DNA from: an uncultured Candidatus Saccharibacteria bacterium
GTDB lineage: Bacteria; Patescibacteriota; Minisyncoccia; Phycocordibacterales; JACOZG01
NCBI GenBank assembly: GCA_964591715.1
Contig: CAZQDR010000003.1
Coordinates: 269-64,268, forward strand
Direction of reading: 5' to 3'
Length of the DNA: 64,000 bases
Shown piece by piece: positions 17,919 to 26,376 of the stretch; positions within the stretch are counted from its first letter, which is position 1, and each line of letters opens with the position of its first letter. Both the position numbers and the translations under genes were made by a program. The notes below the pieces were generated by a model. It did no database searches, was not told where the DNA came from, and saw only the letters and a list, made by a program, of their open reading frames with translations.

Positions 17919-18323
17919 TTAAATTTTGATTTTATTTTCATTTATCAAAGATTTAAAGTAATTATCCAGATCATCAATTTTCACCAATTCGTCCTTGGTT
18001 AACCATTGGTACATATCATTTTCGGAAGTATCTAGTCTGACTGTTCCGAAGGCCTGACCGACATATGTCAGTCGGACAACGTGGCGATCGTTTTTTAAAA
18101 TATCTTGAGCGGCTACAAGTTCACACTCTTTAAGCTCTAGGCCCGTTTCCTCCTCGACTTCTCGCTTGAGATTTTCCAAAAGAGCTGTGCCGGGATTAAT
18201 TCGCCCACCAACAATATCCCACCGACCATTTACCTCTGGATACTTTTCGAGCGAGCGGCGCAAAAGAAGATACTCTCCCTTTTGATTCTTCAAAAGCACT
18301 TTTACTCCGACTTGTAGTTCCAT
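17919..18323 (-). CDS. NUDIX hydrolase
   Basis: Nudix box GGRINPGTALLENLKREVEEETGL. Confidence 0.75.
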   Translation of the reverse strand: MELQVGVKVLLKNQKGEYLLLRRSLEKYPEVNGRWDIVGGRINPGTALLENLKREVEEETGLELKECELVAAQDILKNDRHVVRLTYVGQAFGTVRLDTSENDMYQWLTKDELVKIDDLDNYFKSLINENKIKI

Positions 18324-18324
18324 A

Positions 18325-19764
18325 TTACTTTCTTAAAAAGAGGGGCTCGGCGGGCATTTGGTTGGCAGTAATCAAATCTTGAATAGTCTTGGCGGTTGCT
18401 GGCATAAACGGTCGGAGCTCCCCACCGATCTCCCAAAGTCCGGACAATAGTTCTTTGATTATTTCTTTAGCTTTGATCTCGTCAGTTTTAATCAATTTAA
18501 ACGGCTCGGTGGTTTGGATTTTCAAATCTAACTCACTAATCTTTTTCCAAATTTCTTCAATCGCTTTTTGAATATCAAAATTATCTAAATTTGCGCTCGT
18601 TAAACTTTTCACTTCGCTTGTTTTGATTTGAACATTATTCGTCGTGGCCATTTTCATCACTCGACTAACCAGGTTGCCCAAGCCATTAGCTAAGCCGGCA
18701 TTGTAGGCCTCCTTAAAACGCTCAAGCGTCACCGGTGAATCTTCAAACGGATTAATATGCCGCGCGATAAAATAGCGCACCGCCTCGGTACCATATTCGG
18801 CGACTAGGTCCAGAGGATTAATCGTGTTACCCAAACTCTTCGACATTTTTTGCCCACCTTCGGCAGTGACGAAGCCGCGGATAATTATTTGTTTCGAAGG
18901 TGGCAGTTGGGCTGACATCAGCATGGCCTGCCACATTGCGGCCTGCTGCCGCAAGTTATCTTTACCGGCCAGTTGGATCACTGGCCACCACTGCTCAAAC
19001 TTTTTTTGATCAGTGGGCCAACCGATCGCCGAAATATAATTCACTAACGCATCAAACCAAACGTACATCACCTGCCTACCGGCAGGCAGGCTTGCTTCCT
19101 CATCGGGCACGGGTACTCCCCAAGGCATTTTGCTGGCCAGGCGTGAGATACTAAAATCTTCTAGTCCCCGCTCCACAAAAGCTTTGATTTCACCGAAGCG
19201 CGAAGCCGGAACAACGAAATCAGGGCGTTCAGAATAAAGTTTTAAAAGCGGCGCCTGATATTTGGAAAATTTGAAGAAATAATTTTCCTCATCAATTATT
19301 TCCAGCTCCAAATTTGGATGGATCGGACATTTCCCCTCGACCAACTCCGACTCAGTCTTCTCTAACTCGCAGCCCACGCAATACTTAATCTGGTAGGTTT
19401 TTTTATAAATATCCCCCGCCGACGCGCAACGCCGCCAAAACTCCTGCGCGGCGGCAACGTGAGCCGCGTCAGTGGTGCGGATGAAATTGACTTGGTTCCA
19501 AATCCCGAGCGCTGGGATCAGCTCCTTAAACTTAGCCGCAAAGCCGTCCACATACTGCTGGGGTTCCACCTCCGCCGCCAGCGCGTTACGATAAACTTTT
19601 AAGCCATGTTCGTCGGTGCCGGTGTTTAAAAAAACCGCTGCTCCTTTAAGCAGTTGGTAGCGGGCAAGAATGTCAGCGTGGACTAGCTCGGCAGCAAAGC
19701 CGATATGGGGATCGGCGTTAACGTAAGGTAAGGTCGTGGTCAGGTAAATTTTATTCGGCATCAA
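18325..19764 (-). CDS. metG: Methionyl-tRNA synthetase
   Basis: TTTLPYVNADPHIGF (the HIGH region) and KMSKS. Start trimmed to MPNKIYL (ATG at 19764). Confidence 0.9.
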   Translation of the reverse strand: MMPNKIYLTTTLPYVNADPHIGFAAELVHADILARYQLLKGAAVFLNTGTDEHGLKVYRNALAAEVEPQQYVDGFAAKFKELIPALGIWNQVNFIRTTDAAHVAAAQEFWRRCASAGDIYKKTYQIKYCVGCELEKTESELVEGKCPIHPNLELEIIDEENYFFKFSKYQAPLLKLYSERPDFVVPASRFGEIKAFVERGLEDFSISRLASKMPWGVPVPDEEASLPAGRQVMYVWFDALVNYISAIGWPTDQKKFEQWWPVIQLAGKDNLRQQAAMWQAMLMSAQLPPSKQIIIRGFVTAEGGQKMSKSLGNTINPLDLVAEYGTEAVRYFIARHINPFEDSPVTLERFKEAYNAGLANGLGNLVSRVMKMATTNNVQIKTSEVKSLTSANLDNFDIQKAIEEIWKKISELDLKIQTTEPFKLIKTDEIKAKEIIKELLSGLWEIGGELRPFMPATAKTIQDLITANQMPAEPLFLRK

Positions 19765-20812
19765 TTTTCCGGAAGAGATACTTACTCTTCTCAAAGTCGG
19801 TCACCGCCTCCATTAATACCGCAGCAAGCGGCACCGCCAAAATTAAACCCAAAAATCCGGCCAGCTGGGCTCCCACCAACAGCGAGAGAATAACCAAGAG
19901 CGGCGGTACACCAACAATCTTCTTTACTACCAGCGGATAAATTAAATGATTCTCAAACTGCTGCATAATAATGTAAAGACCGATCGTCATTAAACCTAAG
20001 GTCACACTATCAGAGAAGCCTAACAACACCGCTGGAACGGCTGACAAGATTGGCCCGAAAAATGGGATCAACTCAAACAGAGCAGCCAAGATGGCGAGCA
20101 CTAGCGCATACTTAACTTGCAAAATAGTTAGGCCCAAGAAAACCAAGATGCCAATAATCAGTCCGAGCAGTAGTTGGCCCTGCATCCAATAGCCAATCTT
20201 TTGCTGGGATCGACGCCATAGACCCAAAACATATTTCTCGCGATCTAGTGGCGTAACCACGCGCAAGAAGTTCTCAATCCCATTTTGCTGGACGGAAAGA
20301 TAGAAGGAAATGACGATAATCAAAATAAATTTAAAGAAACCGCCAAAGACTAGGCTGGTGGTCTGGACAAAACCACTAGGAAGTTCGCCCAGATTAGCCT
20401 GCAGACTCAGGAAAACGTCGTGGATAGAGAAGGATTCGCCCAAAGTACCCGTCCACGAACCGAAGGAAGAGTTGCTAAGTAAGGCTGGGATTGTGCCGAT
20501 CTTATCGGCCACGGTGGTCGACAGTTCCGACAAGTCTCCAAGAATAGGGAAAACAAAGAGCGGCACTAACACTAAAATTAAACCAAAAAAGATAATGTAC
20601 ATTAGCAAGACAGCTGGTACGCGTGGAATCCGATAACGAGCCAGGCGTCGGGTAATGGGCTCAACAGCAGAAGCGATCACCACCGAAACGAGCACCACCA
20701 TTACCAGATCCCTAAGCAAATAAAGCACAATCAAGAAAAGCACCAGCCCAACCGCCTTTAAAATCGTGCCGAAGCTGATGCTAACGTAAACCTTTTCGGG
20801 TGAGGTGGCCAT
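19751..20812 (-). CDS. AI-2E (PerM) family transporter
   Basis: Eight TM helices and the typical C-terminal LIPFFGPILSAVPAVL motif. Confidence 0.7.
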   Translation of the reverse strand: MATSPEKVYVSISFGTILKAVGLVLFLIVLYLLRDLVMVVLVSVVIASAVEPITRRLARYRIPRVPAVLLMYIIFFGLILVLVPLFVFPILGDLSELSTTVADKIGTIPALLSNSSFGSWTGTLGESFSIHDVFLSLQANLGELPSGFVQTTSLVFGGFFKFILIIVISFYLSVQQNGIENFLRVVTPLDREKYVLGLWRRSQQKIGYWMQGQLLLGLIIGILVFLGLTILQVKYALVLAILAALFELIPFFGPILSAVPAVLLGFSDSVTLGLMTIGLYIIMQQFENHLIYPLVVKKIVGVPPLLVILSLLVGAQLAGFLGLILAVPLAAVLMEAVTDFEKSKYLFRKIDAE

Positions 20813-20828
20813 AGATAGCTATAGTCTA

Positions 20829-22112
20829 CTATAGTCGCAGAAGCGACTCAAACCTCGCCCCCTCCCGCTCAGGGCCAATCAAAGCCAGATTAAGTGCCTC
20901 GGTTTTGAAGATTCGGCGAGCCACTGCCTTGATCTCCTTGGCAGTCACCGCCCGAATTTTTTTGGCGATCAGCTCTGGGGATTCTAGTTTACCCTTTATA
21001 ATTTCCTCGGTGCCAAAAAAGCCGGCTAAACTTGAGGAGCGCTCGAGCCCCAAAAACAGGGAGCCGATCATCGACTCTTTGACCCGCTCCAGTTCAACGG
21101 CTGGGACCAAAGTCTCGGTTAGCTTGCGGCATTCAGCTAAAATAGCGGTAATAATTTCGTCAACCCGCTTGGTGTCTGAACCCACCGCAATCTCTAAAAC
21201 CCCGTGATCGGTATAGGTATCATTTTCGGCTCGGACATAATAGGCGGCGCCCAATTCCTCTCTAATTTTGAGAAACAAGCGCGAGCTCATTCCCCCACCA
21301 AGCACTGCCGCTAAAACATCGGCCGCGTCCGACTCGGGGGCGGTTGCGGAGAAGGTTCGCACCCCTAAAATCAAATGGGTTTGATCAGATTTTTTGTATT
21401 CTACTCGGTACTCAGGCTTGGTCTGCTTTTCGATCACGGCTGGTTTAGATAAATTAGGCCCAGACGGGATGGTCTTAAACTGCTTGGTGATCTTTTTAAT
21501 CATCGCCGCTTCGTTAAACTTACCCGAGACCACCACCACGGTGGCAGGAGCAACATAGTGGTTAGCCTGGTAACGCAAAAAATCCGCTCGAGTAAAACTT
21601 TTGACAGTCTCCTTGGTGCCCAAAATTGATCGCCCTGCTGGCTGATCACCGTAAAGTAGCGCGAGGAAAAGTTGGGCCACTCGATCGCGTGGCATATCCT
21701 CATACATATTTATTTCTTCCACGATCACCCCAGATTCCTTTTTTATTTCCACTTCGGGAAAAGTGGAGTTCAAATACATGTCGGCAATAATATCTAGCGC
21801 CCGATCCACCAGCTTGGGCTGAACCGTGGCGTAGTAGCCAGTGTACTCCTGCGAGGTAAAGGCATTGTAATTGGCACCTAAACCATCAAGCTCGGTCGAA
21901 ATGTCGGCCGCCCGGGGTCGGCGTTTGGTCCCTTTAAAAAACATATGCTCTAAAAAGTGCGACAAGCCGCCCTCGGCCTTGGACTCGTACTTGGAACCAG
22001 TCTCGGCTAAAACTAGAACATTAGTGGCCAGCGCCTCTGGCCGGGGAATCGTAATAATACGCAAGCCATTCGGCAACACCCTTTTATTAAAATTGGTCTT
22101 AGATTTTGGCAT
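20829..22112 (-). CDS. M16 (pitrilysin) family zinc peptidase
   Basis: Inverted zinc motif HFLEHMFFKGT. Confidence 0.8.
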   Translation of the reverse strand: MPKSKTNFNKRVLPNGLRIITIPRPEALATNVLVLAETGSKYESKAEGGLSHFLEHMFFKGTKRRPRAADISTELDGLGANYNAFTSQEYTGYYATVQPKLVDRALDIIADMYLNSTFPEVEIKKESGVIVEEINMYEDMPRDRVAQLFLALLYGDQPAGRSILGTKETVKSFTRADFLRYQANHYVAPATVVVVSGKFNEAAMIKKITKQFKTIPSGPNLSKPAVIEKQTKPEYRVEYKKSDQTHLILGVRTFSATAPESDAADVLAAVLGGGMSSRLFLKIREELGAAYYVRAENDTYTDHGVLEIAVGSDTKRVDEIITAILAECRKLTETLVPAVELERVKESMIGSLFLGLERSSSLAGFFGTEEIIKGKLESPELIAKKIRAVTAKEIKAVARRIFKTEALNLALIGPEREGARFESLLRL

Positions 22113-22146
22113 GCGCCTAGACTACCATACTTATTAAATTTTAGAC

Positions 22147-22410
22147 AAAAAAAATAGCCCCGTCATTCTTCTGAAGAATGTGTGGTCGGAGCTGGTGTCG
22201 CGCAACATGGTTGCGAAGAAGGTCTTAGTGCCTGTTGGCTAGCCCTCATTTAACGTATCTGCGTCGTGGCCTGCGGTGGTGATACGTGACTCTTACGTAA
22301 CCGCAGGGGTACTACTACAAACCCTTATTTACGCCTCTGCCGTCTAGGACCACTGGGCTTTGGCGGGTCTGCCAGCGCCAGCACTTGATGTGCTTCGGCT
22401 GGACATGTCT
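22147..22410 (-). ncRNA. Unclassified structured RNA (~260 nt) with its own promoter and terminator
   Basis: The 406-bp gap has no ORF. At least four strong hairpins lie at 22201-22215, 22271-22308, 22306-22325 and 22370-22400. A terminal long-stem hairpin at 22156-22193 is followed by U8. Confidence 0.5.
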
Positions 22411-22416
22411 GATGGC

Positions 22417-22444
22417 AGTATAGCATAGCCACAATTCTTGTCAA
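22417..22444 (-). promoter_or_regulatory. Sigma70-type promoter TTGACA-16-TATACT for the structured RNA
   Basis: -35 at 22439-22444 and -10 at 22417-22422. Confidence 0.55.
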
Positions 22445-22475
22445 GTATTTTCAGGATTGTTAATGACGACACAAG

Positions 22476-22501
22476 AAAAACGGCTCTGCTGGGCCGTTTT
22501 T
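22476..22501 (-). terminator. Intrinsic terminator after glyQS
   Basis: CGGCTC-TGCT-GGGCCG hairpin flanked by A5 and T5. Confidence 0.65.
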
Positions 22502-22518
22502 GGAAGGGTGATTTTTAA

Positions 22519-23832
22519 TTAGGCTAGCTTAGCCGCTAGTTCAGAGATTTTGACCCGGGTTTGCTCACCAGTATCGCGATCGCGGAGCGTGACCGTGTTT
22601 AAGAGGTCAGGGTTTTCACCGAGAGTATCGAAGTCGATGGTCACGCAGTAAGGCGTCCCAATCTCATCCTGGCGGCGATAGCGCTTACCAATATTGCCAT
22701 TATCATCAAAAATAGCTACTAGCGAAGAGCTTTCAGCTTTTAGCTTTAAATACACCTCGCGGGCTTTAGCCACCAACTCCGGTTTGTTTTTTAAGAGCGG
22801 GAAGACGGCCACTTTAATAGGAGCAATATTTTTACTTAATTTAAGATAGACCCGCTTTTCGCCACCCAGTTCGTCCTCGCGATAGGCATCCACCAGTACC
22901 GCCAAGAAGGTTCGATCCACTCCGAGCGATGGCTCAATAACATGGGGCATAAAACGTTCACCGCTAGCCTCATCAAAGTAGGACAAATCAACCCCACTAT
23001 ACTCCTGGTGCTTCGACAAATCATAGTCGGTCCGATAAGCCAAACCATAGAGCTCTTTGCGACCAAAACGAAAATCAAATTCACAATCACTCGTTCGCTT
23101 GGAGTAATGCGCCCGCTCCCCGTCCTCAACTTCAAGTTCATGAACCGAGTCGCGATCCAAACCAATTAGATCGATCCACTGCCACATTAAGTTCCGCCAC
23201 AGTTCAAAATTATTCTGCCAATCAGCCTCGCGAGTAAAATATTCTACCTCCATCTGCTCCAGCTCCCGCACGCGGAAGATAAAATCCCGCGGCGTAATCT
23301 CGTTGCGGAAAGCTTTGCCGATTTGAGCGATACCGAAAGGTAATTTAGGATGAAACGAATCCACCACATTTTTAAAATTCACGAAAATTCCCTGCGCTGT
23401 TTCTGGTCGCAAGTAGGCGGTAGCCGCGGAATCATCCATCGCTCCCACCTTAGTCGAAAACATCATATTAAACTGACGGGCCTCGCCTAGTGCGCCGCCA
23501 CAGTCCGGACACTTATCACTCTCTAGTTGATCGGCGCGGAAGCGACGCTTGCACGTGGTACACTCCACCAATGGATCGGCAAACCCGGCCACGTGTCCCG
23601 AGGCCTCCCAAACTTTAGCGTTCATGAGCAGGGCCGCATCCAAGCCAAACATCTCCTCGCGGTCGGTCACAAAGAGCTTCCACCAGGCATTTTTAATATT
23701 ATTCTTTAGCGCGACGCCCAAAGGACCGTAATCCCAAGTACCGGCTAAACCACCATAAATTTCCGAGCCTTGATAGACAAAGCCGCGGCGCTTGGCTAGG
23801 CTCGAGATCTTCTCCATTAGTTCAGGGTTCAT
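22519..23832 (-). CDS. glyQS: Glycyl-tRNA synthetase (dimeric class II type)
   Basis: MEKISSLAKRRGFVYQGSEIYGGLAGTWDYGPLG, the FRNEITPR motif, and a C-terminal anticodon-binding domain. Confidence 0.9.
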   Translation of the reverse strand: MNPELMEKISSLAKRRGFVYQGSEIYGGLAGTWDYGPLGVALKNNIKNAWWKLFVTDREEMFGLDAALLMNAKVWEASGHVAGFADPLVECTTCKRRFRADQLESDKCPDCGGALGEARQFNMMFSTKVGAMDDSAATAYLRPETAQGIFVNFKNVVDSFHPKLPFGIAQIGKAFRNEITPRDFIFRVRELEQMEVEYFTREADWQNNFELWRNLMWQWIDLIGLDRDSVHELEVEDGERAHYSKRTSDCEFDFRFGRKELYGLAYRTDYDLSKHQEYSGVDLSYFDEASGERFMPHVIEPSLGVDRTFLAVLVDAYREDELGGEKRVYLKLSKNIAPIKVAVFPLLKNKPELVAKAREVYLKLKAESSSLVAIFDDNGNIGKRYRRQDEIGTPYCVTIDFDTLGENPDLLNTVTLRDRDTGEQTRVKISELAAKLA

Positions 23833-23843
23833 GACTGTATATA

Positions 23844-25769
23844 TTACTTAACTACCTTCTCTTGTCCAAGTTGGAACTGGGGATCCGTATTTAAATTGGT
23901 GTCCAGGGGTCGTTTAAAGGTGGTCTCCAACGTCTGGCCCGTGGAACCATCAATGGCCGTAAAGGTCGGTTCGCTGACCAAATTAGGGATAGTGCCCACC
24001 TGGCTTAAGCTGGGCTTAAGCGCCACCTGGAAGGAAACCTGCCGCGGTGCTGTCCCAAAGCCCGTAGCGGCGCTAATCGTGCCCAGCGACCAGACTACCT
24101 GACCACCACCACCGGAAGCGGGCGTAAAAGTCAGGTTCTCATTGGCTGGGCTTTGACTGTTGGTCCAGGCCACATAAGAAGGCAAAACAGCAGTAACAAA
24201 CGCTTCGCTCAAATTATTGGAGGAGTTAAGTAGCGACCAGGTAATTGTATAAGTCGTTTCTTGATCAACCTTGGGTGGGAGCGGTCCACGATTGAGGAGT
24301 GGGCCGCTGGCATAATTAGCCTTAGCCGCCAACTGGACAACCGAATTTAGTTTAAGACTGCGCGTCAGCTTGGTCTCCACTAGCTCGGTACCACCACCAT
24401 CGGCCACGCGCTTGCCCCGCAAAGTAATCACTAAATCAATCTGGGGATTTTTAATTTGATAATTATTGGCGCTTACTAGTGAGACTGGTGAGAAAGTAAA
24501 GTCAGCCGAGCCTTCACTGCTGGGTGCCAAGGAACCTAGACCACTGTAATTCGAGCGATTCCAGCGAATTAGATTAGCCGCCGAGTCATAAAAGCCCCGA
24601 GGCGCCAGCACACTCGACTTATCCAAGGCGTCGCCCTTAAACTCAACCGTAATTTCCGTATCTGTTACCGGCGTCGCTAAATTATTGCGCCAGTCAATTT
24701 TACCCTGAACTGTTTGGCGACTCTCACCAACCGACACATTCTCACTGGAGTTGTTAATGAGAGCCCCCAAACCAACCGAGGCGCGCTCGATCGTAAGCTG
24801 CTTGGTAATGGCGCCAAAACTAACAGCAATTGCGGTGTCGGTAATCGTGCGACCACTACCAACTTCAATCCTAAAAGCTTTATCCTCAGCATCTTGACCA
24901 GTAATCACACCCTTAACGGTATAGGTAACTTTGTCTCCCGGCTTAAGCGGATCCAGCAGCCAAACATTGCGACCATAAGTGGGTGACAGGCTAGCACTGC
25001 GAAACTCGAAGCCGCTCGGATAGTTCATGACCACTAGCGGCGCCGAGATTGTTGAAGCGGCATTAGAGACGATTGTCACTTTGGCTGTCACCTCTTGATT
25101 GGCATTAACCGTCTCGGGTAAATCAAGCGTCACATCAATCGGCGAAGAACTAATTGATAAATCTAAAGTCTGACTGGTATGGAAAGTCGCGTTCGAATTT
25201 ACTAGTCGGTACTGCGCGGTAACTTTAATTGGTAGGTCGGCATCTTTTTGGCCAAACAAAACTGGTCGCAAGGTGCGCCGAACCACCTCGCCTGATGCGA
25301 TCTTGCCGATCGACTGTTTATCGTAAGTTAGCTCTCTGGTACTAGTGGCCGCGCTTTTGGTGCCGGCTGGATATTCTGCAATTAAATCTACCAACTCCAT
25401 CGCTACGGCGTTTTTGTTGGTGATAGTTACCTCAATGGCCGCCGCTTGGCCAGAGCGCACCGACAACGGCCCCGTCATGTCTACCACCACATTACCACTC
25501 GAGACAACATTCTCCCCGCGCAAGAAAACAAAAAGAGTAACACCAATCATTAGCACAAAAAAGACCGCCGCAACGAGCAGTAACTTTTTTAACCATTTAG
25601 GACTAAGGTACTTTGATGTGGCCATGTTGTTATTGGGGGCGGACCAGTCGCGAGGCAAAGTGGGCTCGCGCTCCTCTAGCGGCGAACGCCGAACTGGCGG
25701 AGCCTCATTAGTGCGACCGTGCAACTTGCGCTTTAAACGTTCAATGCTATCTTCTCCGGGATCAACCAT
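23844..25769 (-). CDS. Large membrane-anchored surface protein with repeated beta-sandwich domains
   Basis: Start trimmed to MVDPGED (ATG at 25769, 7 nt after TGgTATACT). It has one TM helix (LLLVAAVFFVLMIGVTLFVFL), then ~550 aa of beta-rich repeats. Confidence 0.55.
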   Translation of the reverse strand: MVDPGEDSIERLKRKLHGRTNEAPPVRRSPLEEREPTLPRDWSAPNNNMATSKYLSPKWLKKLLLVAAVFFVLMIGVTLFVFLRGENVVSSGNVVVDMTGPLSVRSGQAAAIEVTITNKNAVAMELVDLIAEYPAGTKSAATSTRELTYDKQSIGKIASGEVVRRTLRPVLFGQKDADLPIKVTAQYRLVNSNATFHTSQTLDLSISSSPIDVTLDLPETVNANQEVTAKVTIVSNAASTISAPLVVMNYPSGFEFRSASLSPTYGRNVWLLDPLKPGDKVTYTVKGVITGQDAEDKAFRIEVGSGRTITDTAIAVSFGAITKQLTIERASVGLGALINNSSENVSVGESRQTVQGKIDWRNNLATPVTDTEITVEFKGDALDKSSVLAPRGFYDSAANLIRWNRSNYSGLGSLAPSSEGSADFTFSPVSLVSANNYQIKNPQIDLVITLRGKRVADGGGTELVETKLTRSLKLNSVVQLAAKANYASGPLLNRGPLPPKVDQETTYTITWSLLNSSNNLSEAFVTAVLPSYVAWTNSQSPANENLTFTPASGGGGQVVWSLGTISAATGFGTAPRQVSFQVALKPSLSQVGTIPNLVSEPTFTAIDGSTGQTLETTFKRPLDTNLNTDPQFQLGQEKVVK

Positions 25770-25791
25770 GATATGCAGTATACCACAAGCT

Positions 25792-26376
25792 TTAGAGGTG
25801 ACTGTGGTGTAAGGCTTGATTAATAATTTCGAGCGCCAGCTGCTGGCGCTCGGCCGACAACTCGAGCGGCGCCATGTCCCAGTCGTTGAAAGCAAAAATG
25901 ACCTCGAGCTCCGGGCGCTCCTCTACATAACCCAAACGGCGCAAAAGCCGCGCCACCCAAATTAGCTCAAAATTGACTAGCTCCGCTTCGGTCAAAAAAG
26001 GTCGTTCCAAAAAATGGGCTCCGCTTTTAAACTCCTCAAAAAAATCGGGCTGGGCCACTTCACCGGTTACTAAGCGCAAAATCAGTTGGGCAACCCGGGC
26101 CAGGAGCTGCAGGCGCACCGCTTCGCGGTGCGCCGCCAATTCCCCCGCCTCAACATGCACCACGCGCCAGACCTCCCGGCCTCGCACCAACGAGACCTCC
26201 GGCCAACTAAATAATTGCAGATTATAACGGAGCTTAGACTTTAATTCCCGCAAACCTTGGGCGGTAGCGTTAACCAAACCGTGATCACGCGTATACAAAG
26301 TCAGCGTCCGGGTTGCTTCGCTCGCCTCTCGGACACCCAACACGACCGCTGGCGTGGTGTAAATTTGATGCGACAT
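25792..26376 (-). CDS. recO: DNA repair protein RecO (short form)
   Basis: N-terminal OB-like TPAVVLGVREASEATRTLTLYTRDHGLVNATAQGLRELKSKLR. The start overlaps the ileS stop (TAATG). Confidence 0.6.
   Translation of the reverse strand: MSHQIYTTPAVVLGVREASEATRTLTLYTRDHGLVNATAQGLRELKSKLRYNLQLFSWPEVSLVRGREVWRVVHVEAGELAAHREAVRLQLLARVAQLILRLVTGEVAQPDFFEEFKSGAHFLERPFLTEAELVNFELIWVARLLRRLGYVEERPELEVIFAFNDWDMAPLELSAERQQLALEIINQALHHSHL

Noticed and set aside
22147-22444. Attempted to assign the structured RNA to RNase P RNA, tmRNA, SRP RNA, 6S RNA, a T-box, or a c-di-AMP, SAM or cobalamin riboswitch.
   Set aside because: It lacks GGAAAGUCC/P4 strands, a tRNA-like T arm, the SRP domain IV GGAA/AGCA motif and the T-box AGGGUGGNACCGCG. 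The 5' and 3' ends do not pair as in 6S RNA. It is kept only as an unclassified RNA.
25770-25895. A 42-codon N-terminal extension of the 683-aa ORF in the track. Similar extensions exist for the ORFs ending at 2374, 2783, 16541, 19794, 32397, 33201, 41221, 46313, 57737 and 63632.
   Set aside because: The extensions overlap upstream genes or promoters and encode non-homologous, Arg/Ser-rich sequence. They are followed by an internal start with a -10 or SD signal at the position where the conserved protein begins.
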